In this document: piece by piece, positions 39,421 through 52,460 of the stretch
How the letters are laid out: each line of letters begins with the position of its first letter
Numbering within the stretch: the first letter of the stretch is position 1
Assembly: GCF_030144855.1 (NCBI RefSeq)
Contig: NC_082721.1
Span: 44,020,001 to 44,084,000, forward strand
Reading direction: 5' to 3'
Source: Hypanus sabinus
Lineage: Eukaryota
Length of the DNA: 64,000 nucleotides
The notes under the pieces: model-generated
Told to the model about the DNA's origin: nothing
Database searches by the model: none
The model's input: only the letters and a program-made list of their open reading frames with translations
Program-made: the position numbers and the translations under genes

Positions 39421-41639
39421 CTTTTAGGACTCTAGTTTAAGGAGAACAGCTTGGGTAGACCAACAGAAAAGAAGTATCAGGTCATTTCCTCTTGTTTCCA
39501 TGGAATTGCTGCCTTATTGAAGTGAGCCAAAGTCCTCTTGGCTTTAAGCCATCACTGTTTACAGCACTCGACAAACAGTTTCACAAATGAAACACTATAT
39601 TGGTTTCCTACTCAAGAAAGAGAGGATGCTTAAACCCAAATTGACTTTTGAACAGACACATGTTAGATGAAGAATGATGAGGTGCTGAAAGACCTATCTC
39701 TTCCCAAGTTTAATGTTCACTTCCAGAGGATTGGTCTTCAGAAAGAAAGAAAAAATGATGAATTCCAAGTTTTGGTGGTCCTCTCAGTCTGACCATTCGT
39801 CTATGGGTGAAAACTGTAAGAAAGGCTAGAAGTAGCTTGAATAGGGTTACAAAATACTTCTAAAACTTGAACACTTATTTGACCCTTATCAGGGAGAGAG
39901 CACCGGTGGTATGTCAAATTACTGGGTGAAGCAGTAGACTTTGTGGTACTGACGGTCTGTGTTTTTCATCTTTCTTGCTGCCTGCTTGAGTGCTCAGTGG
40001 AGGGTGCAGATGAATTTTTGCTGGTAGGGTAGTGTGGGGGGGGGGCGTTGCCTTACTGCTGCTTGTGCTGGGGGTTTCTGGCATTACTGTCATTCCATCT
40101 TTAGGGCGCTTCTCTATTTTCCTGGTTGTTTGCAAAGAGAAAGAATTTCAGGATGTATATTGTGTACATTTCTCTGACATTAAATGTAGCCATTGAAACT
40201 ATTGAAGTAAATTGTGAACTCCCATGAGACACAATATCAGAAGAAAATCCATGTAGCCTGAATAGGCCCTGCAATAAAAGTCTGCAATTTCACGGGCTCT
40301 GGGCAATGCAATGAGGGGAAAAACTACAGACTTTGAAAAGTCGATCAACAACAACTAAAATTACAGAACATGAGAATGAAGTGGGAAAACCTGAGATATA
40401 ATGCAGAAAGAAATGAGACCGTGGATAAAAGGGATGGTGTTGAAAAGAAGAAGACCCTGGGAGAGGAGAATTGGAATTTTTGGAATGGGTACAAATGGCA
40501 AAGTGTTGGACAAATGACCTGACATCCTGATTAACACCAGACCATTAATATTGTCTTTTTAATGAATTCCAGGGTAGTTGAAGTTCCAGAGTGGGCTATT
40601 ATCCTGGGCACATTTGAACACATCTGCTTGAAGTTCGGGTGGAACAAAAAGGTTACCAAGGGGAACATTGCTGGAAACTAGATTACTGCTCTCGAGTGCA
40701 TTTCTACTTTGGAAAAATATTCAAAAAGACAAGGGACAAACGTTTATTTTCTGGAAGTATCAACTCCAGCCTATCTGCTGAATCGGGCTTGGGAGGTTGC
40801 GTGGATCAAATTGCCTAGATAAAGTGTCAGGCTTTAGGTTTTGGAACCCAGACAATAAGTAATGACACTATTAAAATGGCTAAAAGCAATGCATTCTGGT
40901 CATAAGCTCAAGTCTTCTGAGCCGTACATACAACAAACAATGTTCAGCGACTTCAAACCAGTGCTGCCACTCTTCCAATGTTATTTTCACAGTCAAAATC
41001 TCATGGCTAGCTATATCATAATTGAATTGGGCAGGTGATACACATTATGGAAAGTAAGAACAGGGATATAACTTCTTATTATTGGTGGAAAGTTCGAGAA
41101 GGTGGAAGCCTAGTGATATCTGTCTTCATGGATACAGTAACAAAATGAAGAGAGAGTAACTTGATATGTTACTGATTAGACTGGATGGAAGTGTAAGTGA
41201 ATACCCAGGTGTCAGCATGATATCATTCCTTCATCCATATTAATAACTTGCATTTGGGTTCAGAGGCACACCTTTCAGATTTACGGCCGGCACAATAAAT
41301 TTCGAGGCTGATGATAATAGACTTTAACACCCAGGCAGACTTGGAGTCCCATCACTACAAGTTGTCTATCTACTGAATGACAAATCTGCCACACTGAATC
41401 TATAGCAGATAGATTGTGAACGTACATGTGAGATGTTTACCTCCAACTGAGAGGGGTAACAAATTAAATCAATGATCCATATCATTGCTTCCTTTTTACA
41501 TAAACAAAATAATCAGTACACTCCTTTATCAAAAGAAATCTTATTGAAATAAATACTCAGTTCATGTCTTTGTGAACTGGACATGCAAACAAACAAAAAA
41601 GTCTCTATATCCTAAGGCAGAATGTATACAGGGAAATAA

Positions 41640-42610
41640 ACAGTCAACGTTACAGGCTGCGAGCCTTCAGCAGAAGCTGCCAGAATTAAAAAGAAAAATT
41701 GGGTGGGAGTGATTACCGGGAGTACAAGCTGGCAGCTGATAAGTGACACAGATGAGGTAGTAGGTTGGGTGAGGGGTGGTTGATAGGTGGATTGGGCAAA
41801 GGGTTAATGAGGTAGGAAACTTATAGAAGGTGACAGTGGATGAAAGATCAAAAGGCATGGGGTCATAAAGGCAGATAATATTCATGAGAGCAGAGGCGGT
41901 GTAGAGAAAGGGTGAAAGGGTAACCTGAAAGGGAAAAGTAAAAAGAGAAGGAGAGAAGAATCTCCTATTCTATACAAAGGGTTAGAAGATAATGCAAGTT
42001 AGAGCAACATTTGTTCATGTCTTGAGGTTCGAGGCTAACCAACTGGAATATGATGTGCTGCACCTTAAATATGAGTTTGGCCTCATCATGGCTGCAGAGC
42101 AGTTGAATTGAAATTGTTGCTATAGAGAGATCCTGGCTTTCTCGGAGAGCAGGGAGAAGATCCTTGATGAAGCGGTCTCACCACTACAGAGAAGTTGGCA
42201 CCGAGATCATTAGATGACCCGGACAGATTTGTAGTTGAAGCATTTCCTCACCTTGAAGGACTGTTTGAGGACCTGAGTGGCACAAGTAACACTTGAGACA
42301 GTGGCAGAGATAAGTGCCAGGAGGAGGACTAGTGGTGAAGGATGGGTGGACAAGAGAGAAATGTAGGAGCAATCTCTAGGAAAGTACTGAGATGTGTCTG
42401 GTGATGGGCTATCGAACGAGATGTCTGATTTGCACAGAATTAATATGCTGGATGCAGAGTCCAGATAGAAAGAATGACCTATCCCTGTTACAATGGGGAT
42501 AAAATTTGCCATGAGCAGATGTGTGTAAAATGTGTGTGAGAGCAGCATCAATGATAAAGGAAAGCACCCTTTTTATAAATAAATGAAGATGTCTCACATC
42601 TCCCATGTTC
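41640..42610 (-). mobile_element. Penelope-like element 3' relic
   Basis: PPPGTYLCHCLKCY GIY-YIG region; degenerate hammerhead CTGCTGAAGGCTCGCAGCCTGTAACGTTGACTG at about 41641-41675. Confidence 0.7.
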
Positions 42611-43739
42611 TAGAATGGAAAGTTTGGGAACTGATGCAGCATGAATGTAAGAATTGAGAAAAAGTACTTTTATATGTATAAGAATTGAAAATGGAGCTAT
42701 GTTGTTCTGGCCATCACAGAGACTTAGATGTTGCAGGGGCAGGAATGGCTACTTCAATTGTCAAGTTTTAGATCTTTCAGAAACACTAGGGAGGGAGGGA
42801 AAAGAGGTGGAGGCAGGGCACTGTTGATCAGAGATAACGTCACAGCTGCAGAAAAGATGGAGGTTATGTTGGGATTCCCTACGGAGTTTCTGTGGGTGGA
42901 AGTTAGGAATAGGAAGGCGTCAATAACTCTACTAGGTGTTTTTATCCACCACCTAACAGTAACAGTGATATTGATGAGTAGATAGAGAGATAGAATCTGA
43001 AAAGGTGTAATAATTTCAGGGTTGCTGTGGTGGTAGATTTCAATTTCCCAAATATTGATTGGCATCTCCCTGAACTGAGGTGTTTTGATGGGGAGGAGTT
43101 TGTTAGGTTTGTTAAGGAAGGTTCCTTGACACAATATGTAGATAGGCCTAAAAAAGGAGAGGCTGTACTTGATCCGGTATTGGGAAATGAAGCTGGTCAG
43201 GTGTCAGGTTTCTCAGTGGGAGAAAATATTGGAGATAGTGATCACAATTCTATCTCCATTACCATAGCATTGTAGAGGGATAGGAACAGACACGTTGGGG
43301 ATACTTTCAATTGTAGTAAGGGGAAATATGAGGCTATCAGGCAGGAACTTGGAAACATAAATTGGAAACAGATGTTCTCAGGGAAACGTACGGAGGAAAT
43401 GTGGCAAATGCTCAGGGGATATTTGCGTGGGGTTCTGCATATGTACATTCCAATGAAACAGAGAAAGGAAGGTAAAGGTACAGGAACAGTGGTGTATTAA
43501 GACTGTTGTAAAACGAGTCAAGAAGAAAATAAGAGCTTACAAAAGCTTCACAAAAATAGGTAATTATAGAGATCTAGTAGACCTAGCAGGAAGAAGCTGA
43601 AGAATGAAAATTAGGGAGCCAGAAGAGGCCACAAGAAGGCCTTGATGGGCAGAATCAAAGAAAACCCCAAGGTATTCTGCAAGTATGTGAACAGCAAGAG
43701 GATGAGACATGAGAGAATAGGACCAATCATGTGACCAAT

Positions 43740-44125
43740 CAAACTATCAAGACTTGATAGAGGTATTTAAAATTATGAGGAGCATAAACAGAGTTGATGT
43801 TCATAGGCTTTTTCCATTGAGAGTATGGGAGATTCAAACAAGAGGACATGAGTTGAGAGTAGGGGTCAAAAGTTTAGGGCTAACATGAGGGGGAATTTCT
43901 TTACTCTGAGAGTGGTAGCTGTGTGGAATGAGCTTCCAGTAGAAGTGGTAGAGGCAGGTTCGATATCGTCATTTAAAGTAAAATTGGACAGGTATATGGA
44001 CAGGAAAGGAATGGAGGGTAATGGGCTGAGTGCAGGTCGGTGGGACGAGGTGAGAGTAAGCATTCGGCATGGACTAGAAGGGATGAGATGGCCTGTTTCC
44101 ATGCCGTAATTGTTATATGATTATA
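43740..44125 (+). mobile_element. Young-family CR1 3' fragment nested in older CR1
   Basis: RGNFFTLRVVAVWNELPVEVVEA...LSAGRWD and a TTGTTATATG tail, related to 10700-11064. Confidence 0.85.
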
Positions 44126-45417
44126 TGGATATAAGTGTGACAGTGGAAAAATGTGCCTGGAACCGTAGGAAATAACAGGGTACTTAATGAATACTTCTCT
44201 TTGGTATTCACAATGGAAAAGGATCTGGGCAATAGTAGGGATGACTTACAGTGCAATGAAATGCTTGAGCATGTAGATGTTAAGGAAGATGATGTGCTGG
44301 AGCTTTTGGAAAGCATCAAGTTGGATAAGTCACTGGGACTGGAAGGGATGCACCCAAGACTACTGTGGGAAGCGAGGAAGGAGATTGCTGAGCCTCTGGC
44401 AATGATCCTTGCATCATCAGTGGGGAAGGGAGAATTTCCAGAGGATTGGAGGGTTGCGTATGTTGTTCCCTTATTCAAGAAAGGGAGTAAAGATAGCACT
44501 GGAAATTATAGACAAATGAGTCTTACTTCAGTGGTTGGTAAGCTGATGGAGGAGATGCTAAGAGGCAGGCTTTACAAACATTTGGAGAGGCATGATAAGA
44601 TTAGGAATAGGCAGCATGGCTTTGTGAAAGGCAGGTTGTGCCTTACAGGACTGATTATGTTTTTTGAGCATGTGACAGAACACATAATGGTAGAGTCATA
44701 GATGTAGTGTATATGGATTTCAGCAAGGCATTTGATAAGGTTCCCTGTGCAAGGATTATTGAGAAAGTAATGAGGCATAGGATCCAAGGGGACATTGCTT
44801 TGTGGATATAGAACTGGCTTGCCCACAGAAGGCAAAGTCTCATTGTAGATGGATCATATTCTGCATGGAGTTCGGTGAACAGTGGTGTGCCTCAGGGATA
44901 TGTTCTGGAAAACTGCTGATGACACAAAGGTTGTGGGTGTTATGGATAGTGTGGAGGGCTTTAATTGCAAGACTCTTGGCAGCGTAGAGGATCAGAGAGA
45001 TCTTGGGGTCCAAGACCATAAGACACTCAAAGCTGCTACGCAAGTTGACTCTGTGGTTAAAAAGGAATACAGTGCTTTGGCCTTCATCAATCTTGGGATT
45101 GGGTTTAAGAGCCGAGAGATAATATTACACCTTTATAGGACCCTTGTCAGGCCATGCTTGTTGTGCTCAATTCTGGTCATCTCATTACAGGAAGGATGAG
45201 CAAACCATAAAAGGGGTACAGAGGAGATTTACAAAGATGTTGCTTGGATTGGGGAGCATGCCTTATCAGAGCAGGTTGAGTGAACTCAGCCTTTTCTCCT
45301 TGGAGCGACGGAGGACAAGATAAAGGTGTAAAAGATAATGAGAGGCATTGATCGTGTGGATAGTCAGAAGCTTCTTGTCAAGTCTGAAACAGCTCGGACA
45401 AGGGGGCAATGTTTTAA

Positions 45418-45825
45418 CCCTTACATACTGTTCATAATCAATACCTCCACAGTATGGTCCGTGTCAATTTTGACCCGACCCTTGAGTTTCCTCCTAAATA
45501 CCAGATTTTGAACCACAGATATACTTAGAATGTATAAATGGCCTATCTGACATTAATGAATGGGTGATTAATCTTAATTAATGTTTCAGAGATCTAAAAT
45601 CCATTTCAATAGATACGGGTCACATTTGACCCACATCAGCCGCAATGAACAAAAATTTGTAGCACCTGTACAAAAGTATAAAATGTTTAAATATTTTTCA
45701 TTTTTGCACATTTTGGATCACTTTAGGAAAAATCATCAAATTTCGGATAAAAAAGGCATTTAGGGTGCTTTTACTCCTGTCAAATGTCAAAACGGGTCAC
45801 ATTTGACCCCAAAAGTATGTGTGGG
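45418..45825. mobile_element. piggyBac-like MITE
   Basis: Inserted at a TTAA of the CR1 (TTAA 45414-45417; TTTA 45826-45829); terminal CCCTTACATACTGTT versus reverse complement CCCACACATACTTTT; internal GGGTCACATTTGACCC palindromes. Confidence 0.75.
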
Positions 45826-46129
45826 TTTAGGTGCTTGGAAGTAGGTACAGAGGAGATATCAGGGGTGAGATTTTTATGCAGAGACTGGTGAGTGCGTGGA
45901 ATAGGCTGCCAGTGGTGATGGTGGAGCCGGAAACGATAGGTCATTTAAGAGACACTTGGATGGATACATGGAGCTTAGAAAAATAGAAGGCTGTCGGTAA
46001 GCCGAGGTAGTTCTAAAGTAAGGACATATTCGGCACAGCTTTGTGGGCCGAAGGGCCTGTATTGTGCTGTAGATTTTCTATCTTTCTATGGTACTAACAT
46101 GGGACACACTTGCCCTTCCACTCCCTCTT

Positions 46130-47130
46130 CACCAAGTTTCTTTCTTTCTGAATCTTTTTATTATTATTAGTAATATGGACAGAATACAAATGATATATTG
46201 ATAAAGAAATTACAAACATACAAATTCCATTACATATGAAATAAAACATACATAATAGTTACAATATAAATGAGTTTATCAAGACATAAACCATACAATA
46301 TATGTATGAACATGGTAAGTCTAAATATTTCATAATATATGATATAAAAATACAGAAAAAAGAAAGAAAAAAAATATATAATGCAAAACTAGCTAATCTA
46401 CTAACTTAATAACTAATATAGAAGAAAAAAGAAGCAAAAAAAAGGAGAGAGAAAAAAAAGGGGGCTGTTTATAATATCTCACAAGAATAAATATTCATCA
46501 ATGCCGTCACTTCCGGTCCTCTCAACATACATAGGCTAAAAGCCGGGAAATCAAATGAACTTGGAACAGGGTCATATTTCATTATATGAAAATGTTGAAT
46601 AAATGGTCTCCATAACTTCTCAAATTTAATAGAAGTCTCAAAAACACCACTTCTAATTTTTTCTAAATTTAAACATAACATAGTTTGAGAGAACCAATTA
46701 AATACAGTGGGAGGATTAATTTCCTTCCAATTCAACTATATAGATCTTCTAGCCATCAGAGTTAGAAATGCAATCATTCGACGGGCAGAAGAAGATAAAT
46801 GCAGTGAGTCTAACATTGGTAAACTTAAAATTGCGGTAATAGGATGAGATTGTAAATCAATATTCAAAACCGCAGAAGTAATATCAAAAATATCTTTCCA
46901 ATATTTCTCCAAAAATGAACAAGACCAAAACATATGAGTTAAAGACGCAATTTCAGATTGACATCTATCACAAATAGGACTAATATGAGAGTAAAAATGA
47001 GCTAATTTATCATTGGACATATGGGCCCTATGTACGACCTTAAATTGTATTAATGAATGTTTGGCACATAACGATGATGTATTAACTAATTGAAGAATTC
47101 TATCCCAATTCTCACTATAAATAATAAGGC
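46130..47130 (-). mobile_element. L1 3' fragment
   Basis: ISPICDRCQSEIASLTHMFWSC and LEKIRSG..ETSIKFEKLWRPFIQHFH, homologous to the ORF2 C-terminus at 26500-26946. Confidence 0.85.
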
Positions 47131-47210
47131 TAAGCTCTCTTTCCCAATCCTTTTTGGTCTTATAAAGAGGCTCTCACCAAATTTATTCTGGAGTGTTCTC
47201 TATTCCATTC

Positions 47211-47315
47211 CCATCCTGATGAAGGGTGTCGCCCCGAAACATCGACTGTTTATTCATTTTCATCTTCACGCTGTCTGGCCTGCTGGAGTTGCTCTAGCGT
47301 TTGCGTGTTTGTGCT
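47211..47315 (+). ncRNA. Penelope tail with minimal type I hammerhead ribozyme motif (probably mutated)
   Basis: CTGATGA-A-GGG(tgtcgc)CCC-GAAAC-ATC-GACTG at 47216-47248. Confidence 0.6.
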
Positions 47316-47959
47316 AAATAAACATATTCCTGTGTTAGCTGTTGCCTTATTGAACATATTGAGTTTAGAGGATATAGAAGTTGTTAACAGAGGGAAGCGA
47401 GGTCATTATGAAACCCTACCTGCTCAACATGACGTGGATGCTCATGGAGGTCTCCACTAACAAAACAGCAACTGTCAGTTGTAAAGCGGAAGTGATACAT
47501 TGCAGAACCAACAAGTGAGGACTCGCAGGGTGTCAGCATGTTGCATGCCTGTGGATGGGTGCACAGAGACCATCAAACCTCCAATCTGGGTGTCACCCTC
47601 CTTCATCCCCAACATCCCACTGGTATCACTGATTACATGGGCATAGCCAGATTAAGGAAAAAAACACACCTGGTTTATGGAACTTTCCATCCCTTTACGC
47701 CCTGGGAAAGCCGACGTACAGGGTTGGAAACTTAGTTATGCTTTCTTGAGGAGAAGGCTACTGACAAAGTCCTTTATTCTGAGCCAGTATTTCAAGTAGT
47801 AGTCCATCTTGGAAGATCTTTCCTCTCCCCGGGGATAGGGTCTTTGGAGCTTCTGTGGTCGTTTCTACTGCTCTGTTTGACTTCCAGAATGTGGTTGCTA
47901 ACACTATGTCCAATCCTTCTTCTTTCCCAGCCCTGTTCAGGACCCTCCAGGCAGTGTTA

Positions 47960-48805
47960 TTGGAGTACATTAAAACAAAATAGGAGAAGGAAGGAGGGAT
48001 AATTATATCTGAGGAAGAATGGACAACAATGTGGAGATATCAATGGAAGTGCACCAGTTCACAGAAATGGAGGGAGCTTGGATGAAAAAACTTGATAAGA
48101 TATTTTATTACACCCTCTCAGAAATCCCATTATGTTAGTAACTTCCCTGTTTGCTGGAGAAATTGTGGAAATCAAAATGCAAATCATTATCAAATTTTAT
48201 TTACCACTTCCCAGTTATCGAAGAACTAATGGAGGGCGATACACAATGCCCTGTAAGACGTCTTTAAATGTGAAATACCCTTACAGAGTAAGACCATATA
48301 TTTTCGATATATACCTCAAGAATGTTTGAAAAGAGATAAATATTTTATGAATATACTGTTGGTGGCTGGTAAAAAAGACTCTTACTAGGAAGCGGTTATC
48401 ACAGGAGAGATCAACTTTAAATACATGGATGGAAATTAAAATGGACATTTACAAAATGAAGAAGATAACAGCATCTATTAATGATAAGCTGTAACAATTT
48501 GATTCATACTGGGAAAAATGGTTTAACTACATAATGCCTCATAGGCCTGATTTTATTCTCACAGATCAATGAATATGTTGTAAAAAAAAAGATCACTCCC
48601 TACTTGTACATAGTTCTTCCCTTTTGCTTGTTTTTTTCTTTCCACTCTGTTCTATAAGTGTATACCTCAGATAAATACTTTGTGGAGATTTGTGATATAT
48701 ATGATTATATGATGTATATGCACAATGTCTGAAATACATCTTATGGAAATGTTTGTTTGATGATGAACTTCCATAAAAAAATAAATTACAAAAAATAAAA
48801 CAAAA
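47960..48805 (+). mobile_element. L1/Tx1-type LINE 3' fragment
   Basis: EEEWTTMWRYQWKCTSSQKWRELG, RYFITP, CWRNCG; A-rich tail at about 48775-48805. Confidence 0.7.
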
Positions 48806-48849
48806 CAGAATGGCCTGTCCATGTATGGCAAATTGATTCCATCAGAATC

Positions 48850-49580
48850 ACTCCACGGAAACAAAGGTGAGGCTTTTACTGAGGACAGAGCACTCTTCCT
48901 CAAAGAGTTGAAGGTCGGAGGGAATGATAAAGAACCGGAACAGATGAGAGATGGGATTAGAGGGGGGAGGGTGGCTGGTGGTATTGGTGGAGCGGCGAGG
49001 GTGGGGATGAGAGGAAGATAGAGCTTCTGAGGATCCAGGACTTGACGGTGAGAGATGAGGGAGAGGGGATGGCAGAGTAGTGGTGGGGGATAGGGAAATG
49101 GGAGTCCCAGTCGCAGCATGTGAAGACCCAGCCAGGTGTTCAAGGCTGGAGTCGCAGTTCTCCCTCCTCCCCTTCTTACCCCATCCCTGATATATTTAAC
49201 TTTTTTTCCCCTCCCCCTTTTTTCACTCTTCCTGCCCATCACTCTGCCTGTTCTTTATCTCCCCTGATGCTCCCCTCCCGCTTTCTTTCTCCCTTGGCCT
49301 CCCGTCCCATGATCTATTCCCTTATCCAGCTGTGTATCCCTTTTGCCAATCATCTTTCCAGTTCTTAACATCACCCCACGTCCTCCGGCCGTCTCCTATC
49401 ATTTTGCATTTCCCCCTCCCCCTCCTACTTTCAAATCTTTACGAATACTCCTGATGAAGGGTCTCTGTCTGAAACGTGACAGTGCTTCTTCCTATAGATG
49501 CTGCCTGGCCTGCTGCTTTCCACCAGCATTTTTTGTGTGTTGCTTGAATTTCCAACATCTGCAGCTTTCCTTGTGTTTGC
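48850..49580. mobile_element. Penelope relic in inverted arrangement (5' part minus, 3' tail plus) with hammerhead remnant
   Basis: Minus strand IPSDLQLFEEECSVLSKSLTFV (48860-48940); plus-strand pyrimidine-rich 3' UTR and CTGATGAAGGGTCTCTGTCTGAAACGTG at 49451-49478. Confidence 0.7.
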
Positions 49581-50397
49581 ATATTATAGTTACGACCTGT
49601 ATTTAGTCTGTACTTCGCTCTTGAATAATCTACCAAAGAGGAATCAACGGCTGGAGTGTAAGGAAAAATTTAAAGTTGATTCCTTATTAGAAAATGTTAA
49701 ATGTGCAACACACAATGGGGAGTTTGTAAGATATTGGTCTGAAATGTGGGAATTATTTGAGAAAGGAGAGAGAGACCTGTCCACAACAATATTTGGAGAA
49801 ATGAGTGTGAATACAATTCTACATCCCCTAGAGGAGAAATGGTGGAAAAGCCCTTTGTTTGTGAAAATAAAATGATTCAGCAGCCTGGCACTGTCCCACG
49901 GGAAATGATTCAGGCAAGGGGACTTGAAGGATATTAACAAGACAATGTTTTGTACGTTGCAATCTTTTCTAATGCCGGGTCACGACAAGTGCTGGAGTTG
50001 GAAATAGGTACAAGGACACGGAGAGAGAGCCATCCCTCCCCACTCCGACTTCCTTCTCTGTTCGCTTAGAAATCTCTTTTTCTCACCTCAACAATTCCGT
50101 CTACCCCCAGGGCAGTCTGTTTTTCTATCGGTGTTTCACACTCTCTTCCTTTCTCCCCCGACCCCTCCTTCCCTCCCTCGACACCCCCTTCTCTTCCTCG
50201 CTCCCTCTTTCCCTCCCTCGCCCCCTCCTTCCCTTCTCCACCAACTGCAAGACTGTAGGATTTCAGATTGCCGGACTTCCTTTGTAGGAGCCGTTCAGCC
50301 CGCGCGAGTCTCCTCCCTCCTCCCACCCAAATGAGAATGTTAAGCGCATACAAGTGTAAAAGACTCAGACACGGAAATCATTCCTCCACTGAACATC

Positions 50398-50403
50398 TTT
50401 ATT
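50398..50403 (-). promoter_or_regulatory. Polyadenylation signal of Ig cluster B
   Basis: AATAAA on the minus strand, about 345 nt after the ancestral C-exon stop. Confidence 0.65.
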
Positions 50404-50746
50404 AGCAATTTATGGCCGTTGCCATCTGTCAGTCTGATACTGCTGAGAAATCATTAACAGATTCATGAATAACTTCAATCAGATCCATCCCTGGTAACAG
50501 AGAAAACAATTCACTAGCTGATGTTTCTAATGATGACAAGTAGCAGGCCAGTTTTACCCCCACGTAGCTTCTCCGAGAATGAAAAGGAGCAAAATCAGTC
50601 TCGGGTGGAAATATTATAACAACACAATGGAAACCACAGAACTCTGGTCAGAGTTCGGAGTACAGTGAAGAGAGTGGTAGAGGGAGGTGAAAGATGCAAA
50701 AAAAAAAATCTGTTCGAAGCAAACAAGTACGAGGCTGCGTTCATTT

Positions 50747-51067
50747 TTAACAGTTGGACTGTGTGACTTGCGGATGTTGTCGAAGCCGCTCCGAGATTAA
50801 CCACGCAGGAGTATACCTTGCCACTACTCCAGTCTGTGCCGGGCACCGTCAGGTAGCTGCTGAGACTGAAAGTTCTGTCCGTGTTCCGCCTCACTGCGCT
50901 GGTTTTCACCTCACGGCTGGTTGGACTCCCGTCCACTGTCCAGCTGACGACAGGGAAGCCCACCGTCAGCTTACTGACCAGGCAAACTGAGGTGCCGGTT
51001 CCTTTAGCGGAGATCTCCTCGTCTGACGGCCCCAGCAGTTTCACTGAAGGGTCGGGGAGCTGCTGAT
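50747..51067 (-). pseudogene. Ig light chain constant (C1-set) exon, cluster B, with C-terminal frameshift
   Basis: Acceptor ...CCCGATCCAG ends at 51068; phase 1 matches the J donor: (D)QQLPDPSVKLLGPSDEEISAKGTGTSVCLVSKLTVGFPVVSWTVDG...FSLSSYLTVPGTDWSSGKVYSCVVN. The TGT TAA (Cys-stop) at 50752-50747 is out of frame. Confidence 0.92.
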
Positions 51068-51509
51068 CTGGATCGGGAACAAGAGGAGATATTTTTCATG
51101 TCAATGAATATCTCACGATATTTCGTAGTTGGATGGAAGCGCGAGTGAAAAGTTCCAGCTTCAAAGAATGGGGCTCAGTGTTTTGCTAGGGTGCAATTCA
51201 GTACCAATGGACGTCTTTGCACTTTAGTCAACACTGAAGGACAGGACGTTTGTGGCCAAATCCTGCAGAGTCGCTGGATTACAGCATCACCAGCTCGCTG
51301 ACATCATTTCCAGCTCTTGGGATCTTCCTCGGCCTGTGCCAACAGTGACACGTTCCTTCCCTTTGCTCCATCCACTCATCACCAATGTGCCCCCTCCCAC
51401 CTGTGTCACCCACAGCTGTAATGTGAGTAAACCTATTTCTGCGCTTACCCAGAATGCAGGGCAACATGTGCGTATTCCTGACTTTCATAGAGCTGGTGTA
51501 GGGAAGTCA

Positions 51510-52460
51510 CAGTGTGACCATATAAATATAACAATCACAGCACGGAAACAGGCTACCTCGGCTCTTCTAATTCTTGCCGAACACTTACTCTCACATCGTC
51601 CCACCGAACTGCACTCAGCCCGTAACCCTCCATTCCTTTCCTGTCCATATACCTATCCAATTTTACTTTAAATGACAATATCGAACCTATCTCTACCATT
51701 TCTACTGGAAGCTCGTTCCACACAGCTACCACTCGTGTAACCCCTAAACCTTTGCCCCCTAACTCTCAACTCATGTCCTGTTGTTTGAATCTCCCCTACT
51801 CTCAATGGAAAAGGCCTATCCACGTCAACTATATCTATCCTCCTCATAATTTTAAATATCTCTATCAAGTCCCCCCTCAACCTTCTACACTCCAAAGAAT
51901 AAAGCCCTAACTTGTTCAACCTTTCTTTGTATCTTATGTGCTGAAAACCAGGTAACATTATAGTAAATCTTCTCTGTACTTTCTCTCTATTTTCTTGGCA
52001 TCTTTCCTATAATTCTGTGACCAGAACTGATCACAATACTCCAAATTCAGCCTCACCAATGCCTTGTACAATTTTAACATTGCATCCCAACTCCTATGCT
52101 CAATGTTCTGATTTATAAAGGCCAACATACCGAAAGCTTTCTTCACCACTCTATCCACATGAGATTCCACCTTCAGGGAACTATGCACCATTACTCCTAG
52201 GTCACTCTGTTCTACTGCATTCTTCAATGCCCTACTATTTACCATGCATGTCCTATTTTGATTATTCCTACCAAAATGTAGCACCTCACACTTATCACTA
52301 TTAAATTCCCTCTACCATCTTTCAGCACAGTCTTCGAACTGGCCTAAATCTCTCTGCAAGCTTTGAAAACCTACTTTATTATCCACAACGCCACCTATCT
52401 TAATATCATCTGCATACTTACTAATTCAATTTATCAGCCCATCATCCAGATCATCCATCA
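51510..52460 (-). mobile_element. Young-family CR1 3' fragment in the J-C intron of cluster B
   Basis: LHFGRNNQNRT, DLGVMVHSSLKVESHV, RYKERLNKLGLYSLE; tail GCTGTGATTGTTATATTTATATGG. Confidence 0.88.

Larger units (their letters stand above)
42720..46090 (+). mobile_element. CR1 LINE relic containing a younger CR1 3' piece and a piggyBac MITE
   Basis: VVDFNFPNIDW, GDSDHNSI, KSLGLEGMHPRLL, NYRQMSLTSVVGKLME; same family as 29241-31580. Confidence 0.85.

Noticed and set aside
51508-51514. CACAGTG heptamer in the J-C intron as a possible RSS
   Set aside because: No ACAAAAACC-like nonamer at 12 or 23 bp; it abuts the tail of a CR1 insertion.
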